Under the pieces are notes generated by a model. The model was not told the DNA's origin. It worked only from the letters and a program-made list of their open reading frames with translations, and searched no databases. From an uncultured delta proteobacterium (GTDB lineage Bacteria; Desulfobacterota; Binatia; UBA9968), in NCBI GenBank assembly GCA_963745035.1, contig CAVUVW010000025.1, positions 64,001 to 128,000 of the forward strand: DNA of 64,000 bases, in the 5' to 3' direction. Positions within the stretch are counted from its first letter, which is position 1, and each line of letters starts with the position of its first letter. The position numbers were made by a program, and so were the translations under genes. Below, piece by piece: positions 30,815-41,291 of the stretch.

Positions 30815-31915
30815 TCACAAAGGAAGCAGCTTTCCGTTCCGCCATCCTTGAACACCGTCTACGGTCACCTGTGGAATCCCTTCCGTTATCTGCAGGATAG
30901 CGGGGCGCTCCATTTCGAGCAGCCAGCCAGCACTTAGGAGCGCACCGAACAAACGACCCTCGATCTGACGAGAATGCGTGCCAATCAGCATGTAGGCGAC
31001 CTTTTCAGAAAGCAGCGGTAGACAGGCATCAACCAAGTCAGCTTCACCGCCTTGAATATCGATGTGCAAGAGATCGATGCGGCAATGGGGGGCCATTACA
31101 TCCCCAAGTGGAATCATGGCCAACTCGTCATGGGAGCCTGATTGCAAGGCCAACCGGCGTTGCTCTTCGGTGGCGTTGAAGACAGGCTCCAATCCCCATT
31201 CGACTCCGGCGCGCTCTTGCCGAGGAAAGAGCGCGGTCCCTGCGGTCGGAGCTGCGATCCCGCGATGCACTATGTATTCCGAAGCTTTGAACCCGTTCTC
31301 CTGGGCAGCCTCGTAGGCGAAGGCGACATGGCCTTCGTCACCCTCAATGCCTATGATGTGCACATCGAGGCCTGCGCGTCGTGCCGCAACGCCGGCATTA
31401 TTCATCCAACATCCCCAACCGCACCCAAGTTCGATGATGGTGAACGTGTGACGTGCAAGTTCGACAGCTCGAAGAGCCGTCGCCCATTCGGCAATATCCG
31501 CGTGCCAATTTGCCGGTATAGGAATGCCCTCAACTTGACCGGCGCGGTCAGCCAGGATTGTCGGGAAAAACTTCGGATCGATCACGACGCCAAGGAAGTT
31601 AGTCAGATATCCTTCACGGGGCTTTAAATCACTGACTGCATGACGGCGTATGACGGCTTGAGCGTCGAACATCGTGTTATAATGAAAAAAAGGACTGCTT
31701 GACGGGACATCTTGTACATTTGCATGATCGTCTTGCATGGAGCTTCTAATCGTCGGTACGCTAGTGCGGCGAGGAAGCGAAACTATTCGTGCTTTCAGAC
31801 CAGAAGCGTATTCGAGAATCGCTTTAATTCTTGATGCGAGCTGCCGTTGAGCTCTGATATACGCTAAGGTAGCTTGCACCATTATTGCCACTTCCTTTGT
31901 TTCCGGAGTTATCAA
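30815..31915 (-). CDS. Putative FkbM-like methyltransferase (start uncertain)
   Basis: IELGCGWG SAM motif, IGIEGD, IDLLHIDIQGGE, IGTHSR. Confidence 0.65.
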   Translation of the reverse strand: MITPETKEVAIMVQATLAYIRAQRQLASRIKAILEYASGLKARIVSLPRRTSVPTIRSSMQDDHANVQDVPSSSPFFHYNTMFDAQAVIRRHAVSDLKPREGYLTNFLGVVIDPKFFPTILADRAGQVEGIPIPANWHADIAEWATALRAVELARHTFTIIELGCGWGCWMNNAGVAARRAGLDVHIIGIEGDEGHVAFAYEAAQENGFKASEYIVHRGIAAPTAGTALFPRQERAGVEWGLEPVFNATEEQRRLALQSGSHDELAMIPLGDVMAPHCRIDLLHIDIQGGEADLVDACLPLLSEKVAYMLIGTHSRQIEGRLFGALLSAGWLLEMERPAILQITEGIPQVTVDGVQGWRNGKLLPL

Positions 31916-32008
31916 GACGCCTTGAAGATCGTCGTTTGCCGCACAAACGATCCGTAACGGTCCGCCCGGTGCTTAGTCAGCCGGCTTCAACTCTCATGGA
32001 CACGATTC

Positions 32009-32405
32009 CTAGCCCAGGCGCCGGTTGTCACCGCCTAAACCTAAGTCGGCGGGGGACTTTGGATTCTTGAAATAAACTGTCCAGAGAGCATCGTTCTCGA
32101 AGACATAGAGTGAATCGGGGCTCAATTCATTATGTAGATTTGAGCTTACGATCCGTACTCTTGCCTCATGCTCTTTCTTTGGATTTACTCTTGCAAAACA
32201 ACCAGTGTTGATCGCCATACGATGCGTAGCCGTGAATTGGGATAGGATCGAACGAAATCCTCGTTCTGAAAAAAGGGACGGCAGGGTTCGCTAGGTGACC
32301 AACGGCGTTCTCCGAATTGGATGCCTTTACAAACGCCATCGCCTCCGGCTGGCTCAATCCGGCCACGACCTCGGTGACTCGCAACAATGGGTCTGTTAGC
32401 GTGTG
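32009..32405 (-). pseudogene. Mosaic of gene remnants, including the start of a PQQ sugar dehydrogenase paralog
   Basis: TLTDPLLRVTEVVAGLSQPEAMAFV (~32330-32405) matches TLTDPNLRVSELVGGLSQPTAMAFI of the 34.4-36.5 kb gene, then breaks off. Confidence 0.6.
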
Positions 32406-33154
32406 TTCGTTTGCGACAGACAAAAGCTCAAACCTGATAATGCAGAGGATCCGCATCCCAATCGATCTGAGCTGATCACGTGCCATGAATAAGAATTTAT
32501 ATAAACCGGCAGATTGACAAGAGTCAAGTCAACGATGTGATCACGCGATGCTCGTTAGCGACGAAGGTATCAGCCGACGGAGTCTGTGGTATATTTACGA
32601 ACAAGTGACCGTGACGGGTCCCGAGAGTGTAAGCGTGTTAGCGTGTTATAAAGAGAAGAGCGACGAGTCGGGTTCCATGGGAAACGCTGATGCGGAAGCT
32701 CATCAATAAAGTCTGCCAGAAAAGAGGACTGCGGCGCCCGGGCTGGAGGGTTTTGGTGTATGGCGAATCTCAAGCGACTTCCGATTCGAATCCAGTTTGA
32801 TATTCAGGGACGCTACAAACACCTCCACTGCCGAAGAAAGCGATAGACCTAAATTGAGTGCTTCGACCACGAAAAAGTTTGCAGCATCAGGACGAATCTC
32901 GCCGGAACTCGTGTTAACGACCTTCTATAACGACGAACCCAAAGATCGAATTCGGCTGTGTTGAAAGGCGCAGCAATACGTTCGCGTACATTCCTCCACG
33001 AACTCTGTCCGGTCAAACTGTGCCAAAGTCATTACCTCCGGCAAATCTAAAAAACATAAAAGCTTTAATACGACCTGGCAGAGCAGCTCTATAAGTTCTT
33101 TGTATGGACGACGGTAAGATTGGTTAATCGTTCCCAATCGCCACAGCACCCGAC

Positions 33155-34175
33155 TCAGCCTTTGATCATTTGGCGGATTTTTTGCCAGGGCAAACTCGTA
33201 TGTGAACATCGACGTCATGAGTGATCGAATATACGAGGATGAGACTCGCCGTCGCGCCTGAACGACCCGCCTTTTTTTCCACATCCGCGGCAGCATTCTC
33301 AACGCGTCGATTTTACCTCTAAAATATGGCACCCATTTCCCGTGCCGCAAGCATAGGTAACAAAACGAGCCGATCTCTTGCATTAGCTTGTGATGAGCGA
33401 ATCGGAGCATCAGAAGAGCCGGCATATTCTTAATCCACACGAACTCCAGATTTCGGGTGTGATAATAGACGTGCGTATCGCTGAGTCGTACCGAGGTCGC
33501 ATTGCCTTTATGGTGCACAATCGCATCCGGCACAAACACGCATTTCCAGCCAGCAAGCTGGGACCGAAAACTCAAGTCGACGTCTTCGTCATACAAAAAG
33601 AAATCCTCGTCCAGGAAACCAATTTCGTCAATCATCTTGCGCCGGTGCAGCGCGCCCGCGGCGCAAGCCGCAAAGACCGGTTCCAAGGAGCTGTGAGTAT
33701 TCAGGTCGGCGCCGTGGCCTCGGTTGAAACCCACCCCAGCGGATGTCATCCCGTCCCCTGCACTGTCAATACATTCGGTACCCGCGATGATGAGCTTGGA
33801 AGCAGAGATTCCTATTCTCCTGTCCCGGAGCATCGGCTTGAGCAGATTTTCCAACCAGCGATCGTCCGCACGAGTATCGTTATTGACGAGCGCGACGAAG
33901 TCCCCGTCTGATGCCTTCAGTCCTGCCGCATTGCCGCCGGTAAAACCGGTGTTTTCCCGGAGCTCAACGATTTTGACCTCGGGAAATTTTTCTTTGACGT
34001 AGTTTACGGACGAATCCGTCGAGCCGTTATCGACGAATATGATCTCCCGGTTCGCATACGTCTGTCGAGTAAGCGAGCTCAGACAATCCTCGAGAAATCG
34101 CTGGCCATTCCAGTTAACAACGATGATACTGACCTTCTTTTCCGCTTGCCTCGCAGACTGCTGAAAAAGACTCAT
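33155..34175 (-). CDS. Glycosyltransferase family 2 (WbbL-like); +1 frameshift near 33189 extends the called ORF to 32925
   Basis: SIIVVNWNG, VDNGSTD, NTGFTGGN, VNNDT, GFLDEDFFLYDEDVDL; removing one base restores AWQKIRQMIKG* as in the paralogous fragment. Confidence 0.88.
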
Positions 34176-34281
34176 ATCCTTCGTTGCGCTCGATCGTCTC
34201 TCTACAACGTACTAGCTAAGTACGCCTCCGCTCGCCGGTTCTTCGCGCGCCTCGGCTCTGAGGTCTTTTTGAGCAGCCTGC
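34153..34281. mobile_element. 129-bp MITE/REP-like element with terminal inverted repeats
   Basis: GCAGACTGCTGAAAAAGAC ... GTCTTTTTGAGCAGCCTGC (17/19 IR); internal hairpin CGTACTAGCTAAGTACG. Confidence 0.6.
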
Positions 34282-34370
34282 AACCCGCGTTCTTAATCTT
34301 GCTAGTCATGGTTGCATGAGGTCGCGCCTTTCACAGTCCGGCGATTGTGAGCAACCGGCTTGCAGCAACG

Positions 34371-36524
34371 CTAATCTTGAAGTTGAAATACTTCAACCAG
34401 CCCAACTCCGGTTCCGCCGATGCCGGTGAGGTGAACCGTGTAGGCGCCCGGGTTTAAGGTGATGAGAATTGCCGACTCCGAAGTGCATCCCGGCGGCGCC
34501 GAAGATTGTCCCGGGTTCGGACGGCAAGGGTCAAGGCCTGTAGCAATTATTTGCGCAGCCCCGCCACAGCCAGCGCAGGAAGGTGAATCCTGCCAGTTAT
34601 CGTTCTCAGCTATGACAGCTTGCCCCGAAAAAAGACGCAACAAAGGATTTGCGAGCGCTCCGGGGACGAGAAAAGGCGCGGCTACCATCGAGGGTCCGCG
34701 GCCGCGCACCATCACGGTCTTCGGCGCGCTTCCGTCTATGACAAAGCCGCCGATCATCACGTTGGCCCCGGTCTGAACAGGACCTCTCGTCGAGATGTTC
34801 ACCAGCTGTGAGTTCGTAGCATCATCATCGGCATCGAACACTTCGACCAACCCGATTCCGGTACCACCATCGGCCCCGCTCAGGTGAACTGTATAGGCGC
34901 CCGGGCTGAGCGTGATCAGGATCGCCGATTCCAGAGCGCAACCTTGGCGGAGCCACCGCTGCCCCGGATTCGGTTGGCAAGGGTCTAAACCGGTGGCGGT
35001 AATTTGCGCTGCACTGCCACAAATGAAACCGGCGCAGGAGGGAGCATCCTGCCAGTTATCGTTCTGGGCAATTACAGTCTGGCCGGAAAAAAGCCGCAAG
35101 GACGGATTGGCCAGCACAGCGGGAACAAAAAAAGGCGCTCCTGACATCGAAGGACCGCGGCCGCGAACCAGAACGGTTTTGGGCCCATTCCCATCAATCA
35201 CGAACCCGCCAATCACCACGTTACTGCCGGTCTGCGCAAGGCTTCTGGTTGAGATGTTCACTAGTGTTGTGGCACTCGGCACGAACGGAGCCGCTCGAGA
35301 AATGACGAAGATCTTCCCTTGGAAAGAAAGAACGTAAAGCAAGCCGTCCGGTCCTACTTTGAGGTCCGTGATCCCCCCGAAATTCGTACCCAAAATAACT
35401 TCTTCTAGTTCGCCTGCATCGTCCGCCACCAGATCCGCGAGCGCCGGGTCGAAAAACAAAAATCCAGTGCGGGTGGGATTGGGCTTGAAGCGGTAAAGAT
35501 TGCCATTGTTGATGTCTCCGACGAAAACATCATTCTGATACTCTGCGCCCAACTGGCCGGAATTTAAAAACACAATGGCGGTCGGTCCTACGGAATTGAA
35601 CCACGAAAATTTGGGGTCAGAATAATGAGAGCCAGGGAAACTGACCAAATTCCCTACCCCTTGAGGATCACGTGAATCAGGCCCCATAATTTGTTCCCAG
35701 CCGCTATTAAAACCTGGCAGGACCAAGTTTATTTCATCATAAGCATTGGGACCGTTCTCAGTATCCCACAGCTCGCCGCTGAGTGGATCAAACGCGAAGC
35801 CGAAACCGTTGCGAATGCCGTAGGCATAATATTTGGCAAGATTACCGCCCTGAGCGAAAAACGGATTGTCGATAGGAATCGTACCGTCGTCGTTGAGCCG
35901 CAAGATTACACCGGTATCATCCGGAGCATCGCCTCCCGAAAAGTTTTGCAGCTGACCGTTTCGATTTAGATCTCCGATAACGATATACAGCTTGCCATCA
36001 GGACCGAAGAGTATCGTGCCTCCGTTGTGGTTCGCTCCAGGCAAGACCGGCAAAACGATGATCTGCGTGGGGTTGATTAACTTGCTGCCGTCCCATGTAT
36101 AGCGGAAAACACGGTTGTCCAGTGCCGAACCTTGGGTGTCCCCAGCGCTGCTACTCTGCGTATGGTAGAGATAAACGAATCCATTCGATGTAAAATTCGG
36201 ATGTAGCGCGATACCCAAAAGACCGCGCTCGGACGCATGATCCACATTCAGATTGAGCACCTCGCCGGGTTGGACCGTGCCGTTGATCACTCGCCGAACC
36301 CGCCCATCGCTTTTTTGCAAAACCAGCAAATCGTTGGGGCCGATGAATGCCATCGCGGTCGGCTGGCTCAACCCGCCGACGAGTTCGCTAACCCGCAGGT
36401 TGGGATCGGTTAAAGTCTGAGCGGAAACAACCGAACCAAAACTCCAGAACCAGATCAGTAGCCAACCGCAAGACCGTATTTTTAGTTTTCGCGCAATTTT
36501 CGACGGTCCTCCATTGCCGCCCAA
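34371..36524 (-). CDS. Exported PQQ-dependent sugar dehydrogenase (GSDH/YliI family) with two C-terminal 'NISTR' modules
   Basis: Signal peptide (VSA/Q), ERGLLGIALHPNF, HNGGTILFGPDGKLY, YAYGIRNGFG, ENGPNAYDEIN; modules at ~34830-35264 and 34371-34805. Confidence 0.88.
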   Translation of the reverse strand: MGGNGGPSKIARKLKIRSCGWLLIWFWSFGSVVSAQTLTDPNLRVSELVGGLSQPTAMAFIGPNDLLVLQKSDGRVRRVINGTVQPGEVLNLNVDHASERGLLGIALHPNFTSNGFVYLYHTQSSSAGDTQGSALDNRVFRYTWDGSKLINPTQIIVLPVLPGANHNGGTILFGPDGKLYIVIGDLNRNGQLQNFSGGDAPDDTGVILRLNDDGTIPIDNPFFAQGGNLAKYYAYGIRNGFGFAFDPLSGELWDTENGPNAYDEINLVLPGFNSGWEQIMGPDSRDPQGVGNLVSFPGSHYSDPKFSWFNSVGPTAIVFLNSGQLGAEYQNDVFVGDINNGNLYRFKPNPTRTGFLFFDPALADLVADDAGELEEVILGTNFGGITDLKVGPDGLLYVLSFQGKIFVISRAAPFVPSATTLVNISTRSLAQTGSNVVIGGFVIDGNGPKTVLVRGRGPSMSGAPFFVPAVLANPSLRLFSGQTVIAQNDNWQDAPSCAGFICGSAAQITATGLDPCQPNPGQRWLRQGCALESAILITLSPGAYTVHLSGADGGTGIGLVEVFDADDDATNSQLVNISTRGPVQTGANVMIGGFVIDGSAPKTVMVRGRGPSMVAAPFLVPGALANPLLRLFSGQAVIAENDNWQDSPSCAGCGGAAQIIATGLDPCRPNPGQSSAPPGCTSESAILITLNPGAYTVHLTGIGGTGVGLVEVFQLQD

Positions 36525-36543
36525 TTAACATTTCTCCCCGAGT

Positions 36544-37359
36544 TCAACGTGCCTCGGTCTCTTCACGCATTTTGTCCCACAGAGCACACACTTCCCAATA
36601 AGATCCGATGGCCAAATCCTGAAGCACCTTGGGCGATCCAGCCGACTTCACAAGTTCTCTTTGAAACGGCTTCGGGCCATGGAAATGTACTATTTTCGCG
36701 CTCGCGTAATCTCCCCAGTAAGGCTTCCAGTTAAACTCGATCGGCAGACGATCCCATCCATGTCTACCGAAAAACTTTTTTCTCGGACTTTTGTAAAACC
36801 ATTGATACGCCGATTGGTCCCAGCACGGAAACTTCTCCAGATTTGAAATCACAAAGTCCCTGAATCTTTCATCCACCTGAACGAGATTTTCGAGATTCAT
36901 CAGCATAACACCCGTATTCATGTGCTGATAATCTTTTGGATTAAACTCAGGCGCAACGGCAAAGTAGCGGCACCCTATCTTCTTCAAGTCCCCAGCCACC
37001 TCTTTCATAAACATCACGTCACAATCCGTGTAGAGAACATAAGTATCATCCATGCCCAACTCATGGGTAATCTTAGGCAACTCGACGCGCAAAAAAGCGC
37101 CTGCGCCAATGGCGAGGATCTGCGGATCTTGTTTTTTTTGTGAAACCTCGCGGAGTTGATCAAAAAGCGGAGTCCGGCAAGGGATGATGACTACCTTCTG
37201 CTTCCGCAACCAATCTGTGAGCGCATTGTCTCTGCCGTCGTACAACAAATGTGGAACAAGTGACGTGTGTTTGAGCGCAGTATGAACCGCGACTTTGACC
37301 ATATCCGCATAGGGCAAAAATGTCGGACATAGCTCGTTTAAAGCAACAAACCATTTCAT
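36544..37359 (-). CDS. GT8-like glycosyltransferase
   Basis: AFLRVELP, YTDCDVMF (DxD), NTGVMLMN, DQSAY, WKPYW, HFHGPKP. Confidence 0.75.
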   Translation of the reverse strand: MKWFVALNELCPTFLPYADMVKVAVHTALKHTSLVPHLLYDGRDNALTDWLRKQKVVIIPCRTPLFDQLREVSQKKQDPQILAIGAGAFLRVELPKITHELGMDDTYVLYTDCDVMFMKEVAGDLKKIGCRYFAVAPEFNPKDYQHMNTGVMLMNLENLVQVDERFRDFVISNLEKFPCWDQSAYQWFYKSPRKKFFGRHGWDRLPIEFNWKPYWGDYASAKIVHFHGPKPFQRELVKSAGSPKVLQDLAIGSYWEVCALWDKMREETEAR

Positions 37360-37480
37360 ACAATGTACGAGCTATCTGCCGAGCCATCTGGCTGATCGGA
37401 CAAATCGTGCGGCGGGGATTAGAACGGCCGAATGCTAGAACGGCGGCTGGAAAAACGCCAAAAAGGCATTAACCCTTTGT

Positions 37481-40400
37481 TTAGTTATGCTTATCTACAC
37501 TGAATCTACCCAACGAAGCTAATCTCGTGAGACGTTCTCGTATCTGCTGACCGATCACAGGCGGACTAAAAAGTCGCATAATGTCTTGCTCCGCTTTCGC
37601 GCCGATTTTTGCCGCCTCTTCCCGTTTTTCATAAACATACCGCATAAGATCCGCGGCATGGCTAACGTCGGGCTCCGCCCAGACCGAACCTAGCCGGTAT
37701 GGTCCGTAGTCTCGATCGAGCTCCACAAGACCGTATCTCACGAGAAAGCTGTTCGTGGGTGTCGTAAAGTCCATATTGCCGGAATAGGCAGTCGCTAGAA
37801 CAGGCTTTCTAAACTTCATAGCCTCGGCGATTGGGAGGCCAAAACCTTCCGAACGATGCAAAGACACGAAACAGTCACAAGCAACCAGCAGGTGATCGAT
37901 CTCCCAGCGACTAAAAACCCCGTCTATAACCCGAATATTGTTTTGATTTTGAGCTGACTCTAATATTGACCGGAGTGGAGCTTTATCGTTGCTCAAGTGA
38001 GAGCTTTTGACCACAAGCATAACGTCCTCGGCTTTTCCAAAAGCTTGTTTGAATGCTTCCACCGCTGCTACGGGATTCTTCCTCTCAATCGAACTGTGGA
38101 AATCGAACATTACAAGGAAAAGAAAGCGGTCGCATGGCAGCCCAAATCGGTCACACCCGGTCTCTTTGTCCACCATCATAGGAGCTGGGTTCAAAGCAGG
38201 AGGGATTCTAACAACTGGAATTGGCGACGCATGAGCGAGAGCCGCCTGAGTGAATTTGCTAGCGGTCCAGAGCTCGTCAAAGCATTCAAAACTTCCATAG
38301 TAGTCACTAGGGAAGCTTGCGAGCTCCCAGAACCAGTAACCCACATTAAATCGTTGTGCGAAGTACTCCCTTCCCTTGCGCACGCCAAACGTTGGAAGTT
38401 GGTCAGCATTGATATGAACTAGATTGATGTTATATGGGTTTTCATCTGAAAAACCCCCAGAAATCGAATCAACGTTCACTGCACCGGCATCATGCACATT
38501 ATTCATCACGTATGGGACAGACACTGCTTCCAATGCCCGCACCGTAGCACGCGCAGCTTCGCCCACACCTTTCTCTGACTCAAAGTAACCGGCCAAGTTA
38601 ATGCCAAAAGGCCGGGTCTGATGGGAGGGTGCCGTCGAAATCACTTGGGTCTGACGTGTTTCAGAGGAACGCCACGGCTTAGTGGCTCGTGGAGGAAACG
38701 AAAGCATGAACGGCTCTCGGCCAAGCGCCAAATTCAAGTTATAAGCCGGATCGTTCACCAGCAGCTCCTGCCAACGCCGTTTCATATAGCGGCTTTCGGC
38801 GTCGAAGCGATCCCGCTTCTCCGGAGTATCTTCGTAACCCCGACTCGCAGATTCGTGGTGATACAACTCCGCATAGGGCGTCCAGACGTTTCTGTAATGT
38901 TTCTCCGCAAGGCGCAAGCAAAAATCGACGTCATTAAATGCAATAGGCAAATTGTTTTCGTCGAGCCCGCCCACCTCCTCAAAGACCTGCCGGCGTACGA
39001 CTAGGCAGGCCGCGGTGACGCCGGATAGATTCTGACAGAGCAATGCTCGGGATCCCTGTCCGTGGTATCCGCGCCGAAAGTTCTTATAAGCATGACCGGC
39101 CACGCCGGGAGGCGGAAATCCAATACCCAAGACAACCCCCGCGTGCTGAATCGTGTCGTTCGGATAGTAAAGCATCGCCCCGACCGCGCCGATCTCGGGC
39201 TGAACCGCATAACTGACCATTTCGTCGAGCCAGTCGGGGGCGATAACTTCGAGATCATTGTTGAGCAATCCGATAATGTCTCCGCTTGCGCTTTGGACGG
39301 CCAGATTATTGATCGCCGCATAGTTAAAAGGAGCGTCATAGCGCAATACTCGGACTTTTCGCTCGCTCTCAAGCTGGGCTAAATATTCCAGCAGCTTCGG
39401 ATCATCCGACTGATTGTCGACGATAATGAGCTCGAAATTTCGATAGGTGGTTTTTGTATAAATACTCTCGACGCAGCGCCATAGCAGCGCGAAGCCGTTG
39501 CGGGTAGGAATGATCAGCGTGACCTTTGGCGGCGACTCGGGGAGAGAATACTTAATGCGCCAGTAGTGGTCCGCCACGGGCAGCACTTTGACTTTTTTCC
39601 CGATCCGCTCGAAGTGGGAAATAAGCGTCTGCTGCTGCGCTGCTCGCGCGTAACGCTTTTGCTCATCGCTCACGGCGGTAGACCCCTCGATGGCCCGCCA
39701 ATGATAGAGCAAATGCGGGATGTGGCGAATACGCGCCGCGGGGATTTCTTCTGTGACTCTCATCGCAAGATCCCAGTCCTGTGCGCCTTCGTAGCCGACG
39801 CGCAACCCGCCAAGCTCCCGGACGATGCGCGCGCGATAGACCGCCAGGTGGCAGATAAAGTTCTGCGCTGAAAAAAGCGCGGGGTTCCAGTCGGGTTTGA
39901 AATAGGGATTGTAGCGCCGCCCCTTTTCATCGATTTTGTCTTCGTCGCTATAGATCAGATCGGTGTCCCTAAACGTATTGAGCTCGACCGCTACCATATA
40001 CAACGCATGCTCGGAGAGTTCGTCGTCATGGTCGAGAAACGCAATAAATTCTCCCGTGGCGATCTCGATGGCGGTATTGGAAGCGGCGGAGATATGCCCA
40101 TTGTCGTGGCGAAACGCGACTTTAATGCGCGAATCCTTTGACGCATACTCTTGCAAAATTTCTTTCACAACTGGATCAAACGACGCGTCGTCGGCGATGC
40201 AGAGCTCCCAGTCGGGATAGAGCTGGCGTTGGGCCGACTCGATCGCCAGACGCAGCCATCGTTCTGAGGTGTTATAGACAGGCATAATTAAAGAGATCAT
40301 GGGTTTGTAGGACAATTGCGCAATATGCCGCCTGATCTCGTCGCGATCTGCGTCCGTCAAAGTATCGTATGTCGCTACCCAATCGGCATACTCGTAATTG

Positions 40401-40819
40401 ACTTCGATTTCGCTTTTGAGTTTCCGCCTCAAGCCGGCCAGCCCCTCTGTACGCAGGATTCGAAACGCCTTGGCCGCCGACCGCAGGAACGTGCGGCCGC
40501 TCAATCCCGACGCGCGACTTGTTCGCAGCACGACAATCTTGAACAGATCCCTTATGAGCTCATAGAACCTCAGACGCAGCGTTCCCTCCGCAAGCAGCTT
40601 GTTGCGCGCGCTTCGGCACTTGCCCAGCAGCGTCCAGCCCAAGCTGTTTTTGATCTCGTAGAGTTCAAACTCTATTGCGCTCCTCGTGGACAGCTCCTGT
40701 TGCAAGGAACGTTCTAATACCTGGATTTTTTTTCTCAGCTCGCACGCCGCTTTTTCGCTGTTATTCGGTTGCAATTCGTTATCCAGCATATCAACACTGA
40801 CGATACGATATTTTCCCAA
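37481..40819 (-). CDS. Multidomain glycosyltransferase (coiled coil + GT2 + GT2 + GT4)
   Basis: ISLIMPVYNT/DDAS/FLDHDD; LIIPTRN/LLNNDLE/FNDVDFCL; SLHRSEGFGLPIAE. Confidence 0.9.
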   Translation of the reverse strand: MGKYRIVSVDMLDNELQPNNSEKAACELRKKIQVLERSLQQELSTRSAIEFELYEIKNSLGWTLLGKCRSARNKLLAEGTLRLRFYELIRDLFKIVVLRTSRASGLSGRTFLRSAAKAFRILRTEGLAGLRRKLKSEIEVNYEYADWVATYDTLTDADRDEIRRHIAQLSYKPMISLIMPVYNTSERWLRLAIESAQRQLYPDWELCIADDASFDPVVKEILQEYASKDSRIKVAFRHDNGHISAASNTAIEIATGEFIAFLDHDDELSEHALYMVAVELNTFRDTDLIYSDEDKIDEKGRRYNPYFKPDWNPALFSAQNFICHLAVYRARIVRELGGLRVGYEGAQDWDLAMRVTEEIPAARIRHIPHLLYHWRAIEGSTAVSDEQKRYARAAQQQTLISHFERIGKKVKVLPVADHYWRIKYSLPESPPKVTLIIPTRNGFALLWRCVESIYTKTTYRNFELIIVDNQSDDPKLLEYLAQLESERKVRVLRYDAPFNYAAINNLAVQSASGDIIGLLNNDLEVIAPDWLDEMVSYAVQPEIGAVGAMLYYPNDTIQHAGVVLGIGFPPPGVAGHAYKNFRRGYHGQGSRALLCQNLSGVTAACLVVRRQVFEEVGGLDENNLPIAFNDVDFCLRLAEKHYRNVWTPYAELYHHESASRGYEDTPEKRDRFDAESRYMKRRWQELLVNDPAYNLNLALGREPFMLSFPPRATKPWRSSETRQTQVISTAPSHQTRPFGINLAGYFESEKGVGEAARATVRALEAVSVPYVMNNVHDAGAVNVDSISGGFSDENPYNINLVHINADQLPTFGVRKGREYFAQRFNVGYWFWELASFPSDYYGSFECFDELWTASKFTQAALAHASPIPVVRIPPALNPAPMMVDKETGCDRFGLPCDRFLFLVMFDFHSSIERKNPVAAVEAFKQAFGKAEDVMLVVKSSHLSNDKAPLRSILESAQNQNNIRVIDGVFSRWEIDHLLVACDCFVSLHRSEGFGLPIAEAMKFRKPVLATAYSGNMDFTTPTNSFLVRYGLVELDRDYGPYRLGSVWAEPDVSHAADLMRYVYEKREEAAKIGAKAEQDIMRLFSPPVIGQQIRERLTRLASLGRFSVDKHN

Positions 40820-41291
40820 ATTGCCGATTTCTCTGAAACGTTCGCATCACAGGCAAACCACGGTCAAATGAGTGTAAAGCTCGTAACAATCCCAAACATT
40901 ATTCAATCGAGACGCGCGCGCAGGTCCGATCCAATACGTCAGATGAAGACGATCAACACGCGCTTTGGACTCAACTCGACTGCGGCTAGGGCGATTCAAG
41001 CACGTAGGAGCGCCCGGCTGCAAGACTGCCGGGGCAATCTCTGGCCTGTGAATCGTCACCCGATACGCCGTGGTCAAGCGGAGACCGCGATATCAGTGGG
41101 TTTCGCGTTTAAATTAAGCGGGAGAAATTAGAAAATGGCAACTGGCTTCGCCGACCTAAAGGAGAGGCCGTCGTGTGCGGGAACGTACCAGACAAAAGAT
41201 CCGAACGTTCAGCTAAACCAAGAACGCCGCGCTTTGAGGCGCAGCTTTGTCTTGCCTGTCCTTCATGAGGCCAACAAGACTGCTCGATAAC

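Noticed and set aside
32925-33154. Novel C-terminal extension on the GT2
   Set aside because: It results from an extra base at ~33189; the paralogous fragment shows the true end.
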